This document shows positions 48,638 through 57,534 of a stretch of 64,000 bases of DNA, piece by piece (the stretch's first letter is position 1; each line of letters begins with the position of its first letter). Both the position numbers and the translations under genes were made by a program. The notes beneath the pieces are model-generated. The model did not search any database. It saw only the letters and a program-made list of their open reading frames with translations, and was not told the DNA's origin. Source of the DNA: Acidobacteriota bacterium (GTDB lineage Bacteria > Acidobacteriota > Blastocatellia > RBC074); NCBI GenBank assembly GCA_016196035.1, contig JACPYM010000070.1, positions 3,334 through 67,333 on the forward strand. Reading direction: 5' to 3'.

Positions 48638-49486
48638 TCAAATTACATCGGCAAAGGTGCGTTCAACGCGCCGGAAATACCAGGTGCCGGTGAGACACAG
48701 AATCAGCGTAAACATGATCGAGGCCAGCAAGCCGGGCCAGAAAATGGCTGATTGACCGCGCAACAATGCCCAGCGGAATCCGTCAATCACGCCAACCATC
48801 GGGTTGCAGGCATACACCAACCGCCAGGGGCCGGTGATCAGAGCGCTGCTAAACCCGACGGGAGAGACATACAAACCGAATTGCACCAGAAACGGGACGA
48901 TGTAGCGAAAGTCCCGATATTCGACATTCAATGCGCACAACCATAAGCCCGCGCCAAACGCTGCGCCAAAGGCCAGCAGGATAAACAGCGGCAAGGTGAA
49001 CACACGCCAATCGGGCGCAAATTGATACCACACCATCAGCGCTGCCATCAGGATGAGCGTAATCAAAAAGTCTACGAAAGAGGTAATCACAGAGCTGGCC
49101 GGGACGATCAAGCGCGGGAAATAGATTTTTGAAATCAGGTTGGCATTGCCGATCAAACTGTTGCTTGATTCGCTCAAGGCGGTCGAAAAGAATTGCCAGG
49201 GCAACATGGCGGCAAAGACCAGCAACGGATAAGGCAGATCGCCGGGCGCGGGCAGCTTGGCGACTTTGCTAAACACGACGGTGAAAACGACCATCGTCAA
49301 AAATGGACGAATCAGCGCCCAGGCAATGCCAATGACGGTTTGTTTATACCGAACCAGAATGTCGCGCCACGCCAGAAAGTAAAACAATTCGCGGTACCGC
49401 CACAGATCGCGCCAATAATTTTTGTGGGCGCGACCCGGTTCCAAAATCAAATCGAATTGTTCGGGTGTTTCTATGATGGCGGACAT
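48638..49486 (-). CDS. wzm: Polysaccharide ABC exporter permease
   Basis: WRDILVRYKQTVIG, LISKIYFPR, YRDFRYIVP and ERTFADVI motifs. Confidence 0.95.
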   Translation of the reverse strand: MSAIIETPEQFDLILEPGRAHKNYWRDLWRYRELFYFLAWRDILVRYKQTVIGIAWALIRPFLTMVVFTVVFSKVAKLPAPGDLPYPLLVFAAMLPWQFFSTALSESSNSLIGNANLISKIYFPRLIVPASSVITSFVDFLITLILMAALMVWYQFAPDWRVFTLPLFILLAFGAAFGAGLWLCALNVEYRDFRYIVPFLVQFGLYVSPVGFSSALITGPWRLVYACNPMVGVIDGFRWALLRGQSAIFWPGLLASIMFTLILCLTGTWYFRRVERTFADVI

Positions 49487-49955
49487 GTTAATGGCGGGGT
49501 TGTTGTGCTAAACGCAAAACGGCGCGCGAATGGTTGGCGCGAAGCCGCATATTCGCAACAAAGGCATTGTTGCAGCGGCTACGATTTGCCGAGGACGCTG
49601 CCGGGAAAGCTCGCCCAGCGTGTTTATGTCAGGCTGCGACGGTTTCTGGAAGGTAGTAGCGACGCCAACCGATGGGCAGACAAATCCTCTGCTAGAAACC
49701 TTCTAAGGAAACCTCGTGACGAGGCAGCTTCGAATTTTGAAAATGAGTTTGGTGCACTCTGTTCCAGAGTGCTATTACAATCTTACCGTACCTAATAGAT
49801 TTTCAATCCCGTTTCACCCTTTTCACCGGACGCAGGGCAGGCAGAAGAGAAATCCATTATTGCTATTCAACAACAAAGCTAAAAATCAAACTCCCAGATC
49901 GAAGTCTCGCCTTACCCAATCTGTCAGTTCTCATTAACTACTGAAAAATGATTTT

Positions 49956-50095
49956 AGGAATGAACTGGAAATAACTCTGCCTAACCACGGTGGGCATGGG
50001 CACAAGGAGGAAATCAAACAGTCTGAGAGGGGCTTTCCCCGTGCCCCCGGTGTTCCCCGTGGTTGATTTGGCAGTGTTGTTTTCAAGCCATTCCT
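49956..50095. repeat. Long imperfect inverted-repeat element with a CCACGG-type core
   Basis: AGGAATGAACTGGAAATAACTCTGCCTAACCACGG ... CCGTGGTTGATTTGGCAGTGTTGTTTTCAAGCCATTCCT. Confidence 0.75.
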
Positions 50096-50627
50096 GAGTG
50101 GAATTGGGATGTTTGCCATTTTGTCATAGCAACCTGCACCTCACTCCGACTAGCCAAACCACGTGACAAATCCAATTGACTTGCCTGAAGCTAACTTATC
50201 AATCCTGGAGGATCTGCAAATAGCACTGTTGAGAAAATACTACTGGTATTTGTACTTACCGTTGATTGAATATCACGATAGCTCAACACCTTATCGAACA
50301 TCAAGCATTAAAGATCACCCGCTCCCAACTTCCATTGTAGTAAGTTGAATCAGGCACATCGAAGATTGATCAGATAACCAGATTACACATGACACACGCT
50401 GGTAAGGTAAGCCAAAACTAAACCAATACCTTAAATTGGTTATGAGGATGGGGATGATGTGAGTTACAAAAGATATTCGAAAGGTGAATCGAATTGATTA
50501 AGCTAAGCACCGAGATATTTATAGCATTCAACATTTCTTCCGTCAACAGTGCCTCACATGTAACACTCGGCAGCTATCATTCAAAGGTGACTGAGTTTAT
50601 ACCCAACACAGGCAACAATCCCGCATT

Positions 50628-51689
50628 TCATACACGTAAAGATGGCTCTCGCATTGCCAATTCGGTGTCGCTGAAGCTGCCTGCTGCTTTGCGGCGCACC
50701 CGTAGTACGGCAATTTTGGTCGCGTGATTGAACGGTGCAGGATCAGTCACTGTTGACGCGGTTCTCGCGGTTTCATAGCCTGCGCAATCCAACGGGACTG
50801 TGAGCAATTCTTCGACAGCCAGATACCCGTCGGCGCAAAGCGCCTGCAAGACGCGCAGATACTCGCCGCCACTAACATAAAGTGCATTGTTGATGGCGAC
50901 CAGCCAGCCGCCATCGTTGATCAGCGGACGCACTTTGTTAATCAGCCGGGCGAAGTTGTTTTCGGTGTCAACCACTCCTTTGGCTGTGGCGGCAAAAAAT
51001 GGCGGATCGAGAAAGACGCCATCGAAGCGTGTCTTTTCACGATTCAGGCGGCTGATCAAGGGCCAGAAATCTCCGGCCAGAAAGTCTCGCCGGTCAATCG
51101 AAAACCCGTTTAACATACAGGAGGTTTTCGCCACATTCAGAAACTCGCGCTTGAGATCGAGTTGCACCACGCGCGCTGCCCCGCCCGCCCGCGCGGCAAT
51201 CCCCAAACTGCCGGTGTAAGCAAACGTGTTGAGCACGCTTTTTCCCCGCACGTTGCGCAAGGCCCATTCACGCACGTTGCGCGTATCCAGATAAAAGCCG
51301 GCATCCTGATTCAGCCGAACATCCAGTGCGTACCATACGCCGTGTTCACGTACCTTGCGGCAAGGCTGGGTGCCGTACAGCAACCGCCCGTTGCGCGCTT
51401 CGGCACTTTCGGCATTGCGTTGTTTGAGGACTATGGCTCGCAGCCAAGGCAAACGCGCCTGATAAAACTGCTGGGCCTGCCGCACGGCAGCGCTTGCCGT
51501 TTCAGGCCGTTCGGCATAATCGTGCAGCACCAGGGTTTGTGCATACAGATCAGCCACCAAGGCAGGCCAACCCTCACTAAAGCCATTGAACAAACGGAAG
51601 GCGGTTTGATGGCGTTCCTCGAATAAGCCGGCGCGCGCCGATAAGGCAGCGCCCAGGCACGCTTCAAGCGTAGTTATGATTTCAGTCAT
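50628..51689 (-). CDS. Class I SAM methyltransferase, RlmI/RlmK-like
   Basis: FRLFNG.SEG, GFYLDTR, VLNTFAYTG and FLDPPFF motifs. Confidence 0.8.
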   Translation of the reverse strand: MTEIITTLEACLGAALSARAGLFEERHQTAFRLFNGFSEGWPALVADLYAQTLVLHDYAERPETASAAVRQAQQFYQARLPWLRAIVLKQRNAESAEARNGRLLYGTQPCRKVREHGVWYALDVRLNQDAGFYLDTRNVREWALRNVRGKSVLNTFAYTGSLGIAARAGGAARVVQLDLKREFLNVAKTSCMLNGFSIDRRDFLAGDFWPLISRLNREKTRFDGVFLDPPFFAATAKGVVDTENNFARLINKVRPLINDGGWLVAINNALYVSGGEYLRVLQALCADGYLAVEELLTVPLDCAGYETARTASTVTDPAPFNHATKIAVLRVRRKAAGSFSDTELAMREPSLRV

Positions 51690-51749
51690 GTGGCGGGAAG
51701 GTAACAGTTGAGGCTGAGCGCGGCAACCCTAGCTTTCAGGCAAAAGCTT

Positions 51750-53183
51750 TCAGGCAAACAAATCAGTCACGGGTTTGAACCCAACGTATTTCGTGCCTGA
51801 CGCCGGTTCGACGTAATGAAACGCGCGGCCCGACGGCGTGTTGTCAATCCGCTTCGTCCAATCAATGCCGAGCGCCGAATAGATCGTGCAGGCGATGTCT
51901 TCCATATAAATCGGGCGCTGGCCCGACCAACCGGCTTCGACAATCTGACCGCCCGCCGCGTCGGTTTTGCCGATGACCGCGCCGCGCCGCACGCCGCCGC
52001 CCACGAACATGCCGCAATGCGCCTGCATGTAATGCTCACGGCCTTTGCGCGTTTCGCTGATAGAGCCAGGTGTGCGGCCAAATTCGCTCATGGCAATGAC
52101 CAGCGTTTCATCGAGCAGCGTCTTACCCGGCGTGTCTGGCGACGGAATCGCGTCCATGTCTTTCAGAAAGCTGCTGAAGGCGGCGTCCAGTTCTTTGATC
52201 AAGGCCGGATGGTTGCGCGCGCCTTCTTTGTAGATATTAGCGTGATGATCCCAGCCGCCGTGGCTGGCCATAATGAAGCGCGTCCCAGCGTCGGCTTTGA
52301 AGAGATTGCGCGCCAGGATCAGGCAATTGCCGATGCTGCTGTTGCCATAGCGTTTTTTATCGGCGCCGTCGAGCGCCATCACTTCGGGCACGCGCGGGTC
52401 GTTCATAATCGCCCACGCGCCGCGATAGTAATCTTGATAATCGGCGTAGCTGCGATCCGCCGCGCCGCCGCCGCGCAAGCTTTGATCGAGTTGCTGCAAC
52501 CGTTCCCAACGGCGTTTGAAGGTTTCTTCCATGCCTTTCTGCGGCGCGAGATTGGGCGGCGCATCCCCCACGGCCAAACTCATCGGGCCGAATTCGGCGG
52601 ACATAAAGCCTTGGTTAATCAAACCAGCCTGATTGCCCGCCAGATTCATCGCCACATAAGCAGGCAGCGAATCAGTTGCCTTGCGTTGTTTCGCCAATTC
52701 GTAGCACACCACCGCGCCGATGGCCGGAACCTCTTTGGACAGCGCCAGATTGAGCGGATGGCCGGTCTGAATGTAATACTGCGCGCGCCCATGCACGACA
52801 TCCCAGGCGGCCATACTGCGCACAATGGTCAGCTTGTCGAGCACGCTCGGCAAATTCGGCATCAGGCCCACGGGCAATTTCAGATCATTGGGGAAGCTGC
52901 GAATGTCGAAATAGTTCGGCGTCCACGGCCCTTCTTTGGCGTCCAGCGTATCCACCTGGCTCATGCCGCCATCGAGATTGAGAAACAAAACCTGCCGAGC
53001 CGTCGCGCGCGGTTGGGCTTTCTGTGCGGCGCGCACGTTGATGGGGCGAAAGGCGTTGAGATAACCGCCGATTAAACTGACGCCGCCGACACTTAGCAAT
53101 TCGCGGCGGGTGAGTGTGGGAATGTTGCGAGCGTTGTGTTGCATGACTTGTTCAACCACTATCGGAGACTGCATTTTTGCCAT
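51750..53183 (-). CDS. DUF1501 family protein
   Basis: Tat-like TRRELL; GGMSQVDTLD.K, GGWDHH, SEFGRTP and GREH motifs. Confidence 0.9.
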   Translation of the reverse strand: MAKMQSPIVVEQVMQHNARNIPTLTRRELLSVGGVSLIGGYLNAFRPINVRAAQKAQPRATARQVLFLNLDGGMSQVDTLDAKEGPWTPNYFDIRSFPNDLKLPVGLMPNLPSVLDKLTIVRSMAAWDVVHGRAQYYIQTGHPLNLALSKEVPAIGAVVCYELAKQRKATDSLPAYVAMNLAGNQAGLINQGFMSAEFGPMSLAVGDAPPNLAPQKGMEETFKRRWERLQQLDQSLRGGGAADRSYADYQDYYRGAWAIMNDPRVPEVMALDGADKKRYGNSSIGNCLILARNLFKADAGTRFIMASHGGWDHHANIYKEGARNHPALIKELDAAFSSFLKDMDAIPSPDTPGKTLLDETLVIAMSEFGRTPGSISETRKGREHYMQAHCGMFVGGGVRRGAVIGKTDAAGGQIVEAGWSGQRPIYMEDIACTIYSALGIDWTKRIDNTPSGRAFHYVEPASGTKYVGFKPVTDLFA

Positions 53184-53192
53184 TCACACGTC

Positions 53193-53456
53193 TCAAGCAG
53201 CCAACGAAACGACGCTGACTTGCCGTGAGACCGCATGCTTGCCCGGATGCGCCAAGATGTCATCAATCAATAGCGAAGTTTCCGGTTCATAATAACTCTC
53301 ACCGCAACTCGCGCATTGGCGCAACGGCAAGTTTTCGATGATGACGGCCCTCGCGCCTTTCCCAAAAAGCTTATCCTTGTAAACGGTGCGCACGCCCGGC
53401 GTACCGCAAACGGCGCATGGCTCAAGCACCTGTTCGATATTCAACGGCTCATTCAT
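53193..53456 (-). CDS. YgiT-type zinc-finger protein (no HTH)
   Basis: CAVCG ... IIENLP..QCASCGESYY. Confidence 0.85.
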   Translation of the reverse strand: MNEPLNIEQVLEPCAVCGTPGVRTVYKDKLFGKGARAVIIENLPLRQCASCGESYYEPETSLLIDDILAHPGKHAVSRQVSVVSLAA

Positions 53457-53748
53457 AATCAGTAATCCTCAACCTGTAGCCGGTGATCACGAAGACGTTG
53501 CGACAGTCCGTCAGCTTCACCACGACGGCCATTTCCGCGCCCGCCACCGTATCACCGTAAACAACATATTTGTTTTCAGCGCGCTTGAGATCATATTGCT
53601 CTTCGACGATTTCGCCTGTTAAAAGGCACTGTATGACATCCTGAAACACAAAACCATCATCATCCAACTCGTCTCTGGCATGCTCCGACAGATAAATGCG
53701 CTTGACGCGTGCCGCAGCCTGCATCTCTGCCAACAAGGATTGAAACAT
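53449..53748 (-). CDS. DUF4258 protein, putative toxin
   Basis: LSEHARDELDDDG..FQDV...LLTGEIVE...KYVVYG...FVITGY; overlaps the zinc-finger gene. Confidence 0.85.
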   Translation of the reverse strand: MFQSLLAEMQAAARVKRIYLSEHARDELDDDGFVFQDVIQCLLTGEIVEEQYDLKRAENKYVVYGDTVAGAEMAVVVKLTDCRNVFVITGYRLRITDYE

Positions 53749-53749
53749 C

Positions 53750-55609
53750 TCAGTAGTTGAAGACGAAATCGAGTTTGTTCACCAATCCCCACTGCAAATC
53801 CTCCGCCCCTTGCTTCCTGTCTTGCGCCAGCCACGTCAGCGCCAACTCTTTCTCCTGCGCCAGCGGATAACGCGAGAGCGTCGCCAGATACAGCGCCTCA
53901 ACAATCTCGGCATTGCTTTTCGGCGATTTCACCAACTGTTCGACCAGGCTGCCATTGGCCGCCTGCACGCGCTTCGTCACAAACGGGCTGTTCATCAGCA
54001 TCATCGCCTGCAAGATCGAGCCGCCCGGCTGGCGGTCGAATTGCTCGCGGTTGGCTTGGCCGAAGGTGCGCAGGAAGCTTTTGGCCTCGCCGTTGTTGAT
54101 GTCTTCGGGCGAAGCCGCTTCCGTCCAGAAATGCGCGGGCGCAATCGGCGTCTCATAAGTCCAGTCGCGGCGTTTGTAATCGCCAAAAACCAGCGTGGCC
54201 TGCGTGATGGCGTCGTGCATCTGCTCCGCCGTCAGTTGGCGGATGAAGTGACGCGCGAAATAGGGCGTGTAGGCTTCTTTCCACGCGCCCTCAAACCGCG
54301 AAGAGAGTTGATAGGCTTGCGACCGCACGAGCGTGCGCATCAGGTATTTCAAGCTGAACTTGTGCGCGGCGAAATCGCGCGCCAGCGCATCCAGCAGGGT
54401 CGCATTGCTCGGCTGGCACGTCCACGGCGCGGGCAGTTGCGCTTGCGGGTCTTGCCGCGCCAGATCAAACGAATCCACCGGATCAACGATGCCGAGGCCG
54501 AAAAACTGTTTCCAGATCAGGTTGACTGTGGCGCGCGCGAATTGCGGGTGCGTGGTGAGCATGCGGGCGAATTGCGGGCGCAGCGGTTTGCTCAGATCGG
54601 CCTTTTCGCCCGTCAACATAAACGCCGGCTGAATCTCGCCGCCACCGTCGCGTTGCAAGCGCACCTGGCTCCAGCCTTTGGTGTTGTAGCCGTCGCCGTC
54701 TTCGGTGACAGTGTAACGATCCTGGTACGGCACGACGCGCACGCGCATCTGGCCGAAGAAGGCGGACATGGCCCACAGATCGCGGCGCTTCTTGGCGACC
54801 AAATCCAGGCTGACCTTTTCCAAAAAGCCCTTGCCGCCGTGGCACGAGATGCATTGGTAATTCGTGCCCAGAAACAGGCGCGCGGCATTGACGGTGATCT
54901 CGTCCGCCGTGTCTTCGAAATTGTCGTCATACATCGTCGCGCCCGTGATGTGCCAGCGCGTGATAAAGCCTGAGGCCGCTGCATCCGGCATCCAATTCGT
55001 ATTCGGCGCACTGGCCGTCAGCATCTCGGTCACAAACTGGTCATACGGTTTGTCGTCTTTGAATGACTGCCGAATCCAGGCGTCGAAATGTTTGAGCGTC
55101 GGGTTGCCGATGCGATTGCCGCAATTGCGCACCAGATCGCCGTACCAATACGCCCAATGATCAACCCAGCCCCGGCTCTCAATCAGTTCATCAATCAGTT
55201 TGTCGCGTTTATCGGGCGCAGCGCTGGCTACGAAGCCGTTCAATTGTTCAGGCGTCGGAATGCGTCCGGTCAGATCGAGATAGACGCGGCGGCAGAATTC
55301 GTAATCGTTGGTCGGCGGCGCGTGCGGGATGGCGTCGCGCTGCATCGCGCCGAACAGATGTTGGTCAATGAAATTGCGCGGCACGGCGAGTTGCACGGGC
55401 GCGCTGGCGGGCGGCAATTTGGCGGCGACCGCGCGGGTCAATTCGCCGACCTGCTTGGCGGGTTGCGCGGGCGCCAGCTTTTCCGGCGTGTGTTCGGCAG
55501 GAAAGCGCTGGCCCGCTTGTTGCGCCCGCATCGCAGCAGCGCCAAACCAGAGCGCCAGCGCAAACCAAAGCATGAGCATGGTTGTTTTGAGAGAGCGTCT
55601 GTCCCGCAT
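53750..55609 (-). CDS. DUF1549/DUF1553 protein
   Basis: NFIDQ, RRVYLDLTGRIPT, DKPYD, CISCH (CxxCH), FFGLGIVDPVD and RQLTAEQ motifs. Confidence 0.92.
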   Translation of the reverse strand: MRDRRSLKTTMLMLWFALALWFGAAAMRAQQAGQRFPAEHTPEKLAPAQPAKQVGELTRAVAAKLPPASAPVQLAVPRNFIDQHLFGAMQRDAIPHAPPTNDYEFCRRVYLDLTGRIPTPEQLNGFVASAAPDKRDKLIDELIESRGWVDHWAYWYGDLVRNCGNRIGNPTLKHFDAWIRQSFKDDKPYDQFVTEMLTASAPNTNWMPDAAASGFITRWHITGATMYDDNFEDTADEITVNAARLFLGTNYQCISCHGGKGFLEKVSLDLVAKKRRDLWAMSAFFGQMRVRVVPYQDRYTVTEDGDGYNTKGWSQVRLQRDGGGEIQPAFMLTGEKADLSKPLRPQFARMLTTHPQFARATVNLIWKQFFGLGIVDPVDSFDLARQDPQAQLPAPWTCQPSNATLLDALARDFAAHKFSLKYLMRTLVRSQAYQLSSRFEGAWKEAYTPYFARHFIRQLTAEQMHDAITQATLVFGDYKRRDWTYETPIAPAHFWTEAASPEDINNGEAKSFLRTFGQANREQFDRQPGGSILQAMMLMNSPFVTKRVQAANGSLVEQLVKSPKSNAEIVEALYLATLSRYPLAQEKELALTWLAQDRKQGAEDLQWGLVNKLDFVFNY

Positions 55610-55730
55610 ATTGAGCCTCTTGCTGTCCGTCTGTTTGATGGGTTGGCAGGAATGCCGCCCCTTTGCTGTGGCAATGGTATGTATTCAGCGGCGCACGTCA
55701 ACCGCGCGCGCACTAATTCGGCAGAAACTA

Positions 55731-55916
55731 CAGGGCTTTTGCAAAGTCGCCAGCGAGCGCGCTCGAACGGTTTGACTGACTCCTGATTCCAGGTTCCTGA
55801 TTCCTGACCAACTGAAAATATCGGCTGATTTTCAATTGGTCAGGAATCAGGGGTCAGGAATCGGGAGTCAGTCATAGGTCTTTGGCGGATGTTTTGAGGG
55901 CTTTGCAAAAGCCCTG
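55731..55916. mobile_element. 186-bp MITE with 16-bp TIRs and target-site duplication
   Basis: TIR CAGGGCTTTTGCAAAG/CTTTGCAAAAGCCCTG; flanks GCAGAAACT(A) at 55721-55730 and GCAGAAACT(G) at 55917-55926; internal heptamer hairpin at 55773-55874. Confidence 0.85.
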
Positions 55917-55961
55917 GCAGAAACTGGCGCGGCGCGCGCCACCAGCGCCAACGGCAACTGA

Positions 55962-56045
55962 CGCAAAAGAGCATGGAGTTCGAGTTTCAGCTTGTGTTGG
56001 AGCATCTGCACACAAACTGAAACTCGAACTCCATGCTCTTTTGCG
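55962..56045. repeat. REP-like inverted pair
   Basis: 29-bp perfect arms CGCAAAAGAGCATGGAGTTCGAGTTTCAG / CTGAAACTCGAACTCCATGCTCTTTTGCG. Confidence 0.9.
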
Positions 56046-56228
56046 CTAGTCCTGGCTTGTTACATTGACGCTTGAGACCGCGTTGGACAACCGCGCGGCC
56101 AAACGTAGCCGTACTCGCCCGCAGGCCACTCCGCCCGCGCTGTCTGCCTTCGACCCGCCGAATTGCTCTTCATAAGGTCGTTAGCTCGAAACGGCGACAC
56201 GCCAGCACCGGCTGAAAAACCACTCGAC

Positions 56229-56720
56229 TCACAGCAGATGTTTGAAAGCCTCGCCTGCAACCTGCACTTCGGCGATCTCTTTCTCACCGGCGGCGTTGGT
56301 GCGCAACGTGATCTTTGTGTTGCGCACTGCTTTGGTGACGGGTTCGATCTTGCAATTGAGCCGGGCGACTTCTTTGCCAACAGGTGTGTTGCCCATTTTG
56401 TACCCCGCCGGCATATTCATTTCCTTGAAGATGATGACGTGACTGCTGCCTTCCACCACGTGTTGCACCTGGTACATGCCGGGCTTCAAGACGTTGTCAC
56501 CGGCCTTGATTGGGGCAGTGAAATGCACCTCGCCTTTTTTGCCGTTGATGACTTCCTGCGCAGCCATTTTCTGATGGGCGTGCTGATCTTGCGCAAGTAT
56601 TGGCAGACCCAACAGCGCAACCGTTAGCAGCAGCAGTGCGGCAGCGGCGAATGTTTTGAGCGTGGCGTTGCTGGCCGTGGTCATTGTCTTAGGCGCGATT
56701 TGTTTACTTGTCGTGTTCAT
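56229..56720 (-). CDS. Secreted hypothetical protein, His/Met-rich
   Basis: GAGGAG RBS; signal peptide followed by QDQHAHQKM; beta-rich body with EMNMPAGYKMG. Confidence 0.8.
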   Translation of the reverse strand: MNTTSKQIAPKTMTTASNATLKTFAAAALLLLTVALLGLPILAQDQHAHQKMAAQEVINGKKGEVHFTAPIKAGDNVLKPGMYQVQHVVEGSSHVIIFKEMNMPAGYKMGNTPVGKEVARLNCKIEPVTKAVRNTKITLRTNAAGEKEIAEVQVAGEAFKHLL

Positions 56721-56935
56721 GTTTTCTCCTCATTGAAATCTGGTTGTTGGTTATCTCATAACGGGCCGCGCTTGCGTGCACACGGTTGATAAATGATCAG
56801 TCTTCGCCTGCTTACTGGGCTATTTTCGTAGTGACTTAGTTCGTCATCGAACAACAGCGCCAGGAAAACAGCCGGGTCAGCACACGCGACGGCCTATCTC
56901 TTGCGAATGGTTTTACGGATGTGAGAGGGAGCGGC

Positions 56936-57391
56936 CTAGATCAGCCAACAGGAGAGCGCCAGATAAAGCGGACGTTGCAATGAGAGTGGTGAATTGCCTG
57001 CTACAACAGCGGCTTGATTGACACGCAACTGACAAACAATTGGCGGCGGCAACTCTGGCAAAACGGACTGGCTTGGCGTCAGCAACGTGACGCCTTCGGC
57101 TACTGGCTGCGGTTTTGCGCAGCACATTACGACTTGCTGAGTCGTTGATTGCTGTAAGCTGGCCTCAGCCTTGTTTGAGATTGCAGCGGCCTCGGCGGCA
57201 GCGTGGCAGGCTGAATGTGCGCTTTGGGCCGCGCCAAGCTGCGCCTTCCCGATAGGTTCGCAACAGCAGAACAAACCCGCCCACGCCTGCTGCGTAAGTA
57301 AGAGGGCGAAGAAAACCAAGCGCCCCAAGTCCCGCCAATGGCTCAGGCAAAGGCGTTGGTGAAAACCGGTTTGTACGATCTGCTGTTTCAA
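56936..57391 (-). CDS. Cys-rich small protein resembling metal-locus leader ORFs
   Basis: Hydrophobic segment, LFCCCE, ACH, MCC, Pro-rich tail, ends RPLYLALSCWLI; GAGG upstream of the TTG start. Confidence 0.6.
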   Translation of the reverse strand: MKQQIVQTGFHQRLCLSHWRDLGRLVFFALLLTQQAWAGLFCCCEPIGKAQLGAAQSAHSACHAAAEAAAISNKAEASLQQSTTQQVVMCCAKPQPVAEGVTLLTPSQSVLPELPPPIVCQLRVNQAAVVAGNSPLSLQRPLYLALSCWLI

Positions 57392-57458
57392 CGTTGCGAC
57401 CTCTTCTACTGATCAACGACTGCGTAAGAGTGCTTCACTTCAACTCACCAACCAACTT

Positions 57459-57475
57459 AGCAAGCGGCATTCCCA
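57459..57475 (-). promoter_or_regulatory. Possible sigma54 promoter
   Basis: Minus strand TGGGAATGCCGCTTGCT: GG-N10-GC with a TTGCT -12 element; -24 element imperfect. Confidence 0.35.
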
Positions 57476-57534
57476 AGCACCAACGACCAGAAACTGCGTA
57501 GGATTCCGCGCAGGCGAGCGTGAAATCACGCTGC

